From the NCBI GenBank assembly GCA_964016885.1, contig OZ024766.1, forward strand, positions 11,904,001 to 11,968,000: DNA of 64,000 nucleotides. Reading direction: 5' to 3'. Origin of the DNA: Eledone cirrhosa (Eukaryota). A program made the translations under genes and the position numbers. Positions 27,066-35,034 of this stretch are shown in pieces (the first letter of the stretch is position 1; each line of letters begins with the position of its first letter). The notes below the pieces were generated by a model that had not been told where the DNA came from, ran no database searches, and was given only the letters and a program-made list of their open reading frames with translations.

Positions 27066-28115
27066 GTGTGTGTGTATCTATATATCTATGTATATACACA
27101 TGTACCATGCGGTTAAACCACTGGGAGTGAAGGACCCCTAGCCCTTGTCAGGACATTCTTCTAGGAGAAGGTAACTCAGGAAACTGGGTTAACTCTGACA
27201 TAAAACCTGCGGCTCAGTAGTTACCGATGATGATGATCTTTTCTTCTTTTCGGGTTATAGCTACTGTCTCTCAGAGAGTGGGATTGGCTCAGTGCACAGT
27301 CTTTCCTCACTTTAAAATATATCTTCACACACAGGCATTGCACGATAGAATTAATTAATAATTATTAATAATGGTATATCATGCAATGGCCATACTCGAT
27401 AACGAGAGGGCAGCCATCATATATATATGTATATATATATCTATATCTATCTATCTATCTATATATATATATATATATATCTAAACCCATGCTAGTGTGG
27501 AAGATAAACGTTGATGATGATGATGATGAGGATGATGATGATAATTATGTAATAAACAACATAAAACAATTATTCCATTTACCAAAGGTTTCACGAAGAT
27601 AGACGAGCTCAATAGAGACGTCTGAAATCGCTCATCAGAATGAAAATTTAATATGGACGTAATAGCTCTGTAGCCTACATAGAGCACTCTCTTTTCCTTT
27701 ACCCTTCCTACGGAAATACTTCATATATATGGAGGCACATGGCTTAGTGGTTAGAGCATTGGCCTTGCAATCGAAAGGCTGTGAGTTCAATTCTCAGACC
27801 GGGTCATGTGTTGTTTCCTTGAGCAAGACACTTTATTTCACATTGCTCCAGTTTACTCAGCTGTAGAAATGAGATGATAGGGACTGGGGTCCCTATCATT
27901 CCACTGTAAAGTGGTCGTGGAGGTGCCACGGCAAAAAAAGCACCCAGCACTCACTGTAAACGAGGTTGGTGTTAGGAAGGGCATCCAGCTGTAGAAATCA
28001 AGCCAGAATCAGTTCCCGTCCCACCCTTGCAAGCAGGGAGAAGCGGATGTAAAATGATGATGATGATGATATATATATATATAGGGTAAAATGATAGGAG
28101 GCCAGACAGGTTGTG

Positions 28116-28153
<38 letters not shown>

Positions 28154-31100
28154 CACACACATATATATATAGTAATAGTAATAAATGTGAAGACTAAAAT
28201 CCAAAGAGGGCTCAATAAGGATAAATATATATCAAATATATAAAAACCATAGAGCAAATATTTATTAAAATAACAGATTAAAGTTTAAGCAGATATTTCA
28301 GAAGATCCCGTTAAGGGTGAAAGCAGCGATTCTTTGCTTAAAATTTAATCTGTTATTTTAATAAATAATTAATATATACATATACACACTAGAAGAGGAA
28401 GACCAAGGTTAACGTATGTTGATGCCCTAAGGACAGACACTGGTCTGTTGGAGACGCAGGACATGGCAGCGATAATGAGGGACAGAGACCGCTGGAGAGA
28501 ACTCGTCCATGGATCTCGGGAATTTTACCCGCCCTAGATATACAAGCTGAGGTACCCGGTAATACCCGGGAGTGGAGGTATTCCCAGTCCCCATTAAAAT
28601 ACCCAATGCCTCTCAGATCAAAAATGAAATCAAAATATAGGACAGATAATGAAAAGCGAAGACAAATTCATTTACGTAACAATAATACAAACAAATATTG
28701 TTGATCGCATTGGTCAGGCGAAAATATGTTTGTCAGAGAAGTTGAGTGTTGGGTATAAGGAAAATAACAGAACCCCGCATTAGGGTGTCTCAATATTATT
28801 GAAATTTGCTGAACTTTTGTGAATAGGCATCATATCTTGTCATTTACCTATGGTTTAAATTTCATATAAATCGAAGGGAAAAGATTTTCAGCGGGGGTTT
28901 TATGCCCCCGGGGAACCTTTAATTAAAATGAAATATACTTATACAAGTACCCTGGGCAATGTAGTTTCAGAATATATATGGTTATGGGGTCTATCTCCAA
29001 AATCATAGGAGGAGTTTGTGAAATCTTGTTCCATTTATTGGCCCATTAGCGTGTCTTAATATTATTGAAAATTACTGAAATTTTGTGAATAGGCATCGTA
29101 TCTTGTCATTTACCTATGGTTTAAATTTCATATAAATCGAAGGGAAAAGATTTTCAGTAGGGGTGTTGTGCCCCCGGGGAACCCTTTGATTAAAATGAAA
29201 TATACTTATCCAAGTACCCTATATATTTCAGAATATATATGGTTATGGAGGTCTATCTCCAAAACCATAGGAGGAGTTTGTGAAATCTTGTTCCATTTAT
29301 TGGCCAAAATTTTCACTATAGGGGGTTTAACCCCCATTAGGGTGTCTTAATATTATTGAAAATTACTGAAATTTTGTGAATAGGGATCATATCTAGTCAT
29401 TTACCTATGGTTTAAATTTCATATAAATTGAAGGGAAAATATTTCCAGCGGGGGTTTTCAGCTCTGGTCTGAGCCCTCGCAGAACCCTTTGATTAAAATG
29501 AAATATACGTAAGAAATCAAATGGGCATGAGCCCCCACACACGTGTCAAGTTTCATCAATATCGGTTTGGTAGCTTTTGAGTTTTAGGTTCAGAAACAAA
29601 TCCACAAACACACACACAGACAGACAGACAGACAGACACAAATTTCCATTTATGTATATCAGCGGTTCTCAACCTTTTATAATAAATCCCACCTTAATGA
29701 TATAGCAAAACAGTATGGCCCCACCCAAAAAAAAATTAAAATTTTTGATATAATTTTTTTATGTAGAAATAAGTTTCTATATCCAGTTTTAAATGATAAA
29801 TTTACTAAAATAAATAATGAAAAGTACTTCAAAATAGTCAGTAATTTTGTCAATGATAAATTTACTAAAATAAATAATGAAAAGTACTTCAAAATAGTCA
29901 GTAATTTTGTCAATGATAAATTTACTAAAATAAATAATGAAAAGTACTTCAAAATAGTCAGTAATTTTGTCAATGAGAAATTTATTAAAATAAATAATGA
30001 AAAGTACTTCAAAATAGTCAGTAATTTTGTCAATGATAAATTTACTAAAATAAATAATGAAAAGTACTTCAAAATAGTCAGTAATTTTGTCAATGATAAA
30101 TTTACTAAAATAAATAATGAAAAGTACTTCAAAATAGTCAGTAATTTTGTCAATGATAAATTTACTAAAATAAATAATGAAAAGTACTTCAAAATAGTCA
30201 AAGTAATTTTGTCAATGAGAAATTTACTAAAATAAATAATGAAAAGTACTTCAAAATAGTCAAAGTAATTTTGTCAATGAGAAATTTACTAAAATAAATA
30301 ATGAAAAGTACTTCAAAATAGTCAAAGTAATTTTGTCAATGATAAATTTACTAAAATAAATAATGAAAAGTACTTCAAAATAGTCAGTAATTTTGTCAAT
30401 GATAAATTTACTAAAATAAATAATGAAAAGTACTTCAAAATAGTCAGTAATTTTGTCAATGAGAAATTTATTAAAATAAATAATGAAAAGTACTTCAAAA
30501 TAGTCAGTAATTTTGTCAATGATAAATTTACTAAAATAAATAATGAAAAGTACTTCAAAATAGTCAGTAATTTTGTCAATGATAAATTTACTAAAATAAA
30601 TAATGAAAAGTACTTCAAAATAGTCAGTAATTTTGTCAATGATAAATTTACTAAAATAAATAATGAAAAGTACTTCAAAATAGTCAAAGTAATTTTGTCA
30701 ATGAGAAATTTACTAAAATAAATAATGAAAAGTACTTCAAAATAGTCAAAGTAATTTTGTCAATGAGAAATTTACTAAAATAAATAATGAAAAGTACTTC
30801 AAAATAGTCAAAGTAATTTTGTCAATGAGAAATTTACTAAAATAAATAATGAAAAGTACTTCAAAATAGTCAAAGTAATTTTGTCAATGAGAAATTTACT
30901 AAAATAAATAATATATATCCTGGTATAAAAATAAGTTTCTTTACTAAGTTTATTTACTAAAACATAAATTATTATATCCAGATTTAAATAATTATCAAGT
31001 GAAGTGAAATCATAATTAGAAAAGGTAGAAAGTTGATAAAAAAGTTGAATATAAAAATTTGAAGCAAGAAAAAGAAAAAATTATGTTAGGAAACTACTCT

Positions 31101-31301
31101 TCTTTTTTATGTATGAAATTTTGTGATTTTTAGTTAATTCCCGTGGCACCCCTAAAAACTTGCTAGCCCACTGGTGGGCCATAGCCCCCTGGTTGGGAAC
31201 CAATGATTTATATAGATTAAAACTTACTTGGTGTATAGTTTCACATCAGAAGCCCCCACATTTAGGGCAAAACAGATCAGTAGTACGATAAAGGATTTCA
31301 T
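3119..31301 (-). CDS. M14A zinc procarboxypeptidase (carboxypeptidase A/B-like), spliced gene; coding exons 1-9 in window, 3' exons outside window
   Basis: Nine exons (74+82+137+103+99+105+108+88+197=993 nt) with GT-AG boundaries and matching phases join into one frame: signal peptide, activation propeptide, then the catalytic domain with GxTYEGRP, GMHAREW (H69/E72), [23 protein letters not shown] and IHSYSQ (H196). Confidence 0.96.
3348..6080. repeat. 121-bp tandem satellite, about 22-23 copies
   Basis: Unit anchor aatttctgcg recurs at 3361, 3482, 3603, 3724...; copies are highly homogeneous, with internal hairpin GAGAGAGTAGT-TTGACTACCTCAT-ACTACTCCTCTC. Confidence 0.98.
6147..6375. mobile_element. 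piggyBac-like MITE
   Basis: TTAA flanks at 6143-6146 and 6376-6379; TIRs CCCTTTAGCATTTA / TAAATGCTAAAGGA. Confidence 0.75.
6517..6835 (+). mobile_element. tRNA-derived CORE-like SINE with (TGA)n tail
   Basis: A box TGGCTTAGCGG, B box GAGTTCAATTC, CORE-like TCCTTGAGCAAGACACTT; seven copies in the window. Confidence 0.9.
7193..7280 (-). CDS. Procarboxypeptidase exon 8 [29 protein letters not shown]
   Basis: Acceptor ttttatttcag, donor gtaagt; WRKNR (Arg127) and DLNRNF (Asn144/Arg145). Confidence 0.97.
7315..8445 (-). mobile_element. CR1/L2-group LINE 3' end carrying an internal 61-bp tandem array
   Basis: Minus strand reads [48 protein letters not shown]; (ATT)n tail; its 3' end recurs at ~61385-61495. 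Confidence 0.8.
7510..8356. repeat. 61-bp minisatellite, about 14 copies
   Basis: Unit ggaggttttaaaggatgcagtgtctcgacagctaacaactgatgcaggtagtttgttccat. Confidence 0.97.
8630..8737 (-). CDS. Procarboxypeptidase exon 7 [36 protein letters not shown]
   Basis: Acceptor ccattccag, donor gtaagt; NPDGYEYT motif. Confidence 0.97.
8765..10232. repeat. (ACC/ACT)n degenerate trinucleotide tract filling intron 6
   Basis: Seen directly in the sequence. Confidence 0.97.
10264..10368 (-). CDS. Procarboxypeptidase exon 6 [35 protein letters not shown]
   Basis: Acceptor tctctcacag, donor gtaata; HAREW zinc-ligand motif (His69, Glu72). Confidence 0.97.
10563..10628 (+). ncRNA. Type I hammerhead ribozyme motif (family A)
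   Basis: TATTTTGT-CTGAGGA-stem II (AGGCATAGCATATT/AATATGTTATCCCT)-GAAA-TATATA-TA-ATGAAATA. Confidence 0.75.
11383..11453 (-). ncRNA. Type I hammerhead ribozyme motif (family B), left arm of fold-back element 11253-11690
   Basis: Reverse complement: TGTTTTAT-CTGATGA-long stem II-GAAA-TGCGCA-TA-ATAAAATA. Confidence 0.8.
11580..11650 (+). ncRNA. Type I hammerhead ribozyme motif (family B), right arm
   Basis: TGTTTTAT-CTGATGA-AAACACAAATATTATT/GATGATATTTGTTTTT-GAAA-TGCGCA-TA-ATAAAATA; palindromic stem III, AUA cleavage triplet. Confidence 0.8.
11848..11912 (-). ncRNA. Type I hammerhead ribozyme motif (family A), left arm of fold-back element 11716-12120
   Basis: Reverse complement: TATTTTGT-CTGATGA-AGGCATACCA...TGGTATCCCT-GAAA-TATGTA-TA-ATGAAATA. 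Confidence 0.8.
12012..12076 (+). ncRNA. Type I hammerhead ribozyme motif (family A), right arm
   Basis: TATTTTGT-CTGATGA-AGGCATGCCA...TGGTATCCCT-GAAA-TATGTA-TA-ATGAAATA; 8-bp stem I with two G-U pairs. Confidence 0.8.
12237..12270 (-). ncRNA. Minimal hammerhead motif in a Penelope pLTR-like fragment (12149-12388)
   Basis: Reverse complement: CAC-CTGAAGA-A-GGGC TTAT GCCC-GAAA-CG-TC-GTT; stem I is weak. A related fragment lies at ~57535-57605. Confidence 0.6.
12856..12921 (-). ncRNA. Type I hammerhead ribozyme motif (family A)
   Basis: Reverse complement: TATTTTAT-CTGATGA-AAGCGCACCAT...ATGGTGGCCATT-GAAA-TATGTA-TA-ATGAAGTA. Confidence 0.7.
13238..15065 (+). mobile_element. RTE family B 3' UTR with about 33 tandem copies of a 49-bp module (13270-14895)
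   Basis: Flanks match the 3' UTR of the RTE at 35035-35330; unit cactgtaaagtggtcgtggaggtgccacagtaaaaaagcacccagccca. Confidence 0.9.
15180..15278 (-). CDS. Procarboxypeptidase exon 5 [33 protein letters not shown]
   Basis: Acceptor ttttctccag, donor gtaggt; G-x-T-Y-E-G-R-P motif of M14A. Confidence 0.96.
15299..17914. repeat. (TAG/TGG)n degenerate trinucleotide tract with higher-order ~90-bp repeats, filling intron 4
   Basis: Seen directly; the landmark gtatttccagtggttatag recurs in 16920-17880. Confidence 0.97.
17921..18023 (-). CDS. Procarboxypeptidase exon 4 [34 protein letters not shown]
   Basis: Acceptor tcttcag, donor gtaagt; phase 2/0 bridges exons 3 and 5; propeptide/mature junction. 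Confidence 0.9.
18114..18183 (+). ncRNA. Type I hammerhead ribozyme motif (family B)
   Basis: GTTTTAT-CTGATGA-stem II-GAAA-TGCGCA-TA-ATAAAATA; internally deleted copy of the 11253-11690 element. Confidence 0.75.
18276..18336 (-). ncRNA. Type I hammerhead ribozyme motif (family C)
   Basis: Reverse complement: TTTCATT-CTGATGA-C-TGAAAGCAAA TTTTG TTTGCTTTCA-A-GAAA-CC AGT GG-TA-AATGAAA; GUA triplet. Confidence 0.8.
18794..19403 (-). mobile_element. ~600-bp non-coding interspersed element (RTE-5'UTR-like, terminal hairpin)
   Basis: Near-identical copies at 41435-42040, 47067-47433 and 50307-50918; diverged copy at ~27103-27420. Confidence 0.85.
19769..20774 (+). mobile_element. Non-autonomous Helitron
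   Basis: A^TC 5' end, (TG/TCTG) microsatellite near the 5' end, subterminal hairpin TACCCAG-GCAACG-CTGGGTA, and CTAG^T 3' end. Confidence 0.88.
20916..20965 (-). ncRNA. Type I hammerhead ribozyme motif (single-copy family here)
   Basis: Reverse complement: GAACTGTA-CTGATGA-A-GGGT AAC ACCC-A-GAAA-CA TTAG TG-TC-TGCAGTTC; GUC triplet, 8-bp stem I. Confidence 0.85.
21058..22265 (+). mobile_element. RTE LINE 3' fragment with a variant 49-bp array in its 3' UTR (21500-22120)
   Basis: ERNEACML...[12 protein letters not shown]...GRPRKTW; (GAT)n tail. Confidence 0.88.
22298..22960 (-). mobile_element. Cluster of tandem and partial tRNA-derived Nin/Deu-domain-like SINEs
   Basis: Reverse complement has A box TGGCAGTATCGG, B box GAGTTCAAATC, then GCCTTTCATCCTTACGGGGTCGATAAAATAAAGTACCAG. 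Confidence 0.8.
23017..23153 (-). CDS. Procarboxypeptidase exon 3 (propeptide) [45 protein letters not shown](K)
   Basis: Acceptor tttctatag, donor gtaaga; DFW...V.P...NIQ propeptide signature; phase 0/2. Confidence 0.95.
23195..24091. repeat. (TCTG)n / (TC)n compound microsatellite
   Basis: Seen directly in the sequence. Confidence 0.97.
24092..24845 (+). mobile_element. Tx1/L1-clade LINE 3' fragment (zf-RVT zinc finger + 3' UTR)
   Basis: [13 protein letters not shown]...CPRC...[11 protein letters not shown]...LW; AATAAA at the 3' end. Confidence 0.85.
24973..25341 (-). mobile_element. Tx1-like LINE 3' fragment (second subfamily)
   Basis: Reverse complement matches 37915-38300. Confidence 0.8.
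25371..26312 (-). mobile_element. Tx1-like LINE 3' fragment, inverted relative to 24092-24845
   Basis: Same protein and 3' UTR as 24092-24845 on the opposite strand. Confidence 0.85.
26473..26554 (-). CDS. Procarboxypeptidase exon 2 (propeptide) [27 protein letters not shown]
   Basis: Acceptor ttcttccag, donor gtaagt; matches the Y-x-x-L-R-V-x-P start of M14 activation peptides. Confidence 0.93.
26632..27060. repeat. (CT)n/C-run polypyrimidine tract
   Basis: Seen directly in the sequence. Confidence 0.97.
27573..27645 (-). ncRNA. Type I hammerhead ribozyme motif (family C)
   Basis: Reverse complement: TTTCATT-CTGATGA-GCGA..AGACG..CTC TATT GAG..CGTCT..TCGT-GAAA-CC TTT GG-TA-AATGGAA; GUA triplet. 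Confidence 0.85.
27731..28070 (+). mobile_element. tRNA-derived CORE-like SINE, full length
   Basis: Same family as 6517-6835; 3' tail shared with RTE family C. Confidence 0.92.
28386..28538 (+). mobile_element. RTE family D extreme 3' fragment
   Basis: [17 protein letters not shown]...RDRWRE; matches 51766-51920. Confidence 0.8.
29660..31205. mobile_element. hAT-like MITE containing a 60/62-bp tandem array
   Basis: TIRs CAGCGGTTCTCAACC / GGTTGGGAACCAATG; 8-bp TSD ATGTATAT / ATTTATAT (7 of 8 match). Confidence 0.8.
29790..30910. repeat. AT-rich 60/62-bp minisatellite, about 18 copies
   Basis: Unit caatgataaatttactaaaataaataatgaaaagtacttcaaaatagtca(aa)gtaattttgt. Confidence 0.97.
31228..31301 (-). 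CDS. Procarboxypeptidase exon 1 (signal peptide) [24 protein letters not shown](N)
   Basis: ATG at 31301, hydrophobic signal peptide, donor gtaagt at 31227; phase 2 matches the next exon (AA+T=Asn). Confidence 0.9.
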
Positions 31302-31355
31302 TGTCGTCCAGGTACCGATTACCCCTTGAATAATGTTTCACATTGCCTATGTCTA

Positions 31356-31364
31356 TTATATATA
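31356..31364 (-). promoter_or_regulatory. Candidate TATA box of the carboxypeptidase gene
   Basis: TATATATAA about 55 nt upstream of the ATG in otherwise unique sequence; weak because TA runs are ubiquitous here. Confidence 0.35.
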
Positions 31365-31570
31365 GGTGTATATATATCATCATCATCATTGTCATTTTAA
31401 TGTACTCCGTCTCTGCTAGCAATAGTTGGATGTATATATGTTTATACATACATTCAAATGTATATATACACACACAGCTGTTTTCTCTCAAAATGTTATC
31501 TTGATATATGTTTGCATATGTAATATATGTCCATGTATATGTGTATATATATATGTATATATTATATATG

Positions 31571-31601
<31 letters not shown>

Positions 31602-31640
31602 GTATATATATGTATATATATATATATGTATATATATATG

Positions 31641-31673
<33 letters not shown>

Positions 31674-31674
31674 G

Positions 31675-31715
<41 letters not shown>

Positions 31716-31754
31716 ATATGTATATATATATGTATATATATATGTATATGTATG

Positions 31755-31787
<33 letters not shown>

Positions 31788-31806
31788 ATATATATGTATA
31801 TGTATG

Positions 31807-31839
<33 letters not shown>

Positions 31840-32028
31840 ATATATATATGTATGTATGTATATATATATATGTATGTATGTATATATATATATGTATGTA
31901 TGTATATATATGTATGTATGTATATATATGTATGTATGTATATATATATATGTATGTATATATGTATGTATGTATATATATATATGTATGTATAAATATA
32001 TGTATATATGTATATGTATATATATGTA

Positions 32029-32059
<31 letters not shown>

Positions 32060-32366
32060 ATGTATATATATGTATATATATATATATATATATGTATAAA
32101 TATATGTATATATGTATATGTATATATGTATATATATATCTATATGTATATATATGTATATATGTGTATATATATGTATATATGTATAAATATATGTATA
32201 TGTATATATGTATAAATATATGTATATGTATATATGTATAAATATATGTATATATATATATGTATAAATATATGTATATATATATATGTATAAATATATG
32301 TATATATATATATGTATAAATATATGTATATATATATATATATGTATGTATATATATATATATATG

Positions 32367-32403
<37 letters not shown>

Positions 32404-32415
32404 AAATATATGTAT

Positions 32416-32762
32416 ATTTTACTCTTTTACTCTTTTACCTGTTTCAGCCATCCGGCTGAGGCCATGCTGGGGCACCGCCCTTGTTGCTACACATTTTATC
32501 TCCAGCCTGTATAGGTTGGCCACTGGTGTAGGAGGGAGTTTGTTGCTGCTGCCCTTAGGTTTCCCTCGTGTCTTGCTGTGGGCTCATCTGGGATCCTGGA
32601 TAACAAGGTGTCGAGATGTTTCTTAAAGACATCCACCTCCACGTCATGCAAGTCTCTCAGATGCCTCGGCAGCCTGTTGAAGAGTTGAGGGCCCTTGAAT
32701 CCCAGGCTATTGCAATACCTGCTCCTTATTCTAGATGTGGAAGACGGGACCTTTGGCACCGT
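32416..32762 (-). mobile_element. CR1-group LINE 3' end with (GTAAAAGA)n tail
   Basis: [20 protein letters not shown]...[16 protein letters not shown]...AAATNSL. Confidence 0.82.
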
Positions 32763-32837
32763 ATATATATATGTATATATGTATAAATATATGTATATAT
32801 ATATGTATATATGTATAAATATATGTATATATAAATG

Positions 32838-32914
<77 letters not shown>

Positions 32915-32955
32915 GATATATTAACAAATGGAAACTATATTTATAAAACCATATT

Positions 32956-33020
32956 TATTTCATTATACATATTTCAAGGACACCAAGTTAAAATATGGTG
33001 TGCTTTCATCAGATAAAATA
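32956..33020 (-). ncRNA. Type I hammerhead ribozyme motif (family A), left arm of fold-back element 32911-33365
   Basis: Reverse complement: TATTTTAT-CTGATGA-AAGCACACCA...TGGTGTCCTT-GAAA-TATGTA-TA-ATGAAATA. Confidence 0.8.
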
Positions 33021-33167
33021 TAATATAGATTAGTTTTATAAATAAATATTGACATACCCTTAAAGAATGCAACCATTTCTGTTGTCAGCTCCCGGATAGC
33101 TTCCAACAGAATTGGTCGCATTCTTTAAGGGTATCTCAATATTTATTTATAAAACTGCTCTATATTA

Positions 33168-33232
33168 TATTTTATCTGATGAAAGCACACCATAATTTAA
33201 CTTGGTGTCCTTGAAATATGTATAATGAAATA
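33168..33232 (+). ncRNA. Type I hammerhead ribozyme motif (family A), right arm
   Basis: TATTTTAT-CTGATGA-AAGCACACCA TAATTTAACT TGGTGTCCTT-GAAA-TATGTA-TA-ATGAAATA. Confidence 0.82.
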
Positions 33233-33367
33233 AATATGGTTTTATAAATATAGTTTCCATTTGTTAATATATCGTATTTTTACTTCAATAATATGTTGAG
33301 TGCTTTATATCAGTTATAAAAATATTTGCTTGTTGTATCCCAACAATTTAAATAGAACTTCTACATA

Positions 33368-33710
33368 TCATTTCATTCATCATTTCATTTTACATCTGAT
33401 TTTCCCTGCTTGCAAGGGTGGGACGGGAACTGATGCTGGCTTGATTTCTACAGCTGGATGCCCTTCCTAACACCAACCTCATTGACAGTGAGTGCTGGGT
33501 GCTTTTTTGCCGTGGCACCTCCACGACCACTTTGCAGTGGAATGATATGGACCCCAGTCCCTATCATCTCATTTCTACAGCTGAGTAAACTGGAGCAATG
33601 TGAAATAAAGTGTCTTGCTCAAGGAAACAACACATCAGCCGGTCTGAGAATTGAACTCACAACCTTTTGATTGCAAGGCCAATGCACTAACCACTAAACC
33701 ATGTGCCTCC
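33368..33710 (-). mobile_element. tRNA-derived CORE-like SINE
   Basis: Reverse complement of the SINE consensus. Confidence 0.92.
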
Positions 33711-34059
33711 ATATATAAATATATTATAATTACTTTCAAAGTAAAGAGTGTCATGAATGATACAAAATCAAACATATGTCTTGTCTCTAAAAACAGCTCA
33801 AGTTAGAATTAAGAGAATAAAATTGATCGTTAATCATTATAAGAAAGTTAATGAAACACAGATAAGTGTGTATTAAGATATATCAAAACTTAGAACTAGA
33901 GACAATCTACACTGAAAGTAAGATTACATAATTCGTTGAGTATCTTATTAAATTTAATAAAAAATTTATAACAAAATACCTATGAATATATATATTTATA
34001 TATATATATATATGTGTATATATATATATATTTTTAAATATGTATATGTGTATATATAT

Positions 34060-34390
34060 GGTGGCACATGGCTTAGTGGTTAGAGCATTGGCCTTGCAAT
34101 CGAAAGGTTGTGAGTTCAATTCTCAGATTGGGTGATGTGTTGTTTCCTTGAGCAAGACACTTTATTTCACATTGCTCCAGTTTACTCAGCTGTAGAAATG
34201 AGATGATAGGGACTGGGGTCCCTATCATTCCACTGCAAAGTGGTCGTGTAGGTGCCACGGCAAAAACCACCCAGCACTCACTGTAAATGAGGTTGGTGTT
34301 AGGAAGGGCATCCAGCTGTAGAAATCAAGCCAGAATCAGTTCCCGTCCCACCCTTGCAAGCAGGGAAAAGTGGACGTAAAATGATGATGA

Positions 34391-34395
<5 letters not shown>
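34060..34395 (+). mobile_element. tRNA-derived CORE-like SINE
   Basis: A/B boxes, CORE-like block and (TGA)n tail. Confidence 0.92.
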
Positions 34396-34425
<30 letters not shown>

Positions 34426-34654
34426 GGAGGTGAGTTTTATTGTAGCAACAATAAAGCAATGCAAATATCGGATAAGTAGCACTCCACAGTTTATAGGACT
34501 GAAGTATAAATAATATAAGATGGTTAAAAGAGTTCCAAGTATTTTATTTTCCGCATTTCAAAAACAAATATCATCATGGGATGATATTTGCGATATATGT
34601 TGATTTAAAACTTCACTGCTCACAAGTGTTTTAAAACTTCATATCATGTCTCCC

Positions 34655-34725
34655 TATTTTATCTGATGAGAACGCAAATATCATCCCATGATGATATTTG
34701 TTTTTGAAATGCGCATAATAAAATA
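34655..34725 (+). ncRNA. Type I hammerhead ribozyme motif (family B) in element 34421-34765
   Basis: TATTTTAT-CTGATGA-GAACGCAAATATCATC CCAT GATGATATTTGTTTTT-GAAA-TGCGCA-TA-ATAAAATA. Confidence 0.8.
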
Positions 34726-35034
34726 CTTGGAACTCTTTTAACCATCTTTTGATCTTATATTATATATATATATATACAATATATTAATAAATGGAAACTA
34801 TATTTATAAAACCATATTTATTTTATTATATATATTATATATATTTCAAGGGCAACCAAAGCAAAATTATGGTGCGCTTTCATCAGATAAAATACAGATT
34901 TGCTTTATAAATAAATATTGACATACCCGGAAAAAAGACAACCTTAACAGTTGGAGCTTCCTGGATAGACAGGATAGTAAATTTTTAAGCTTGTTGAATC
35001 CCAACAAATTAAATATAACCTCTGCATATATATA

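Larger units (their letters stand above)
28543..31216 (-). mobile_element. Non-autonomous Helitron interrupted by a hAT-like MITE
   Basis: Minus strand: A^TC at 31216, (TCTG)n at ~29605-29640, 3' hairpin CCCGG-GTATTA-CCGGG and CTTG^T end at 28543; internal ~270-290-bp triplication at 28780-29500. Confidence 0.75.

Noticed and set aside
27731-27805. tRNA gene
   Set aside because: It has A/B boxes but continues into a SINE body and tail in all copies; it is a SINE head.
29677-30687. Hydrophobic repeat ORFs ([20 protein letters not shown])n
   Set aside because: Translation of a 60-bp satellite inside a MITE; the frame is broken by 62-bp units.
34840-34895. Further family A hammerhead copy (also a fragment at ~40950-40990)
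   Set aside because: Stem II is poorly paired and the stem III/I' region is disrupted or truncated, so it is not counted as intact.
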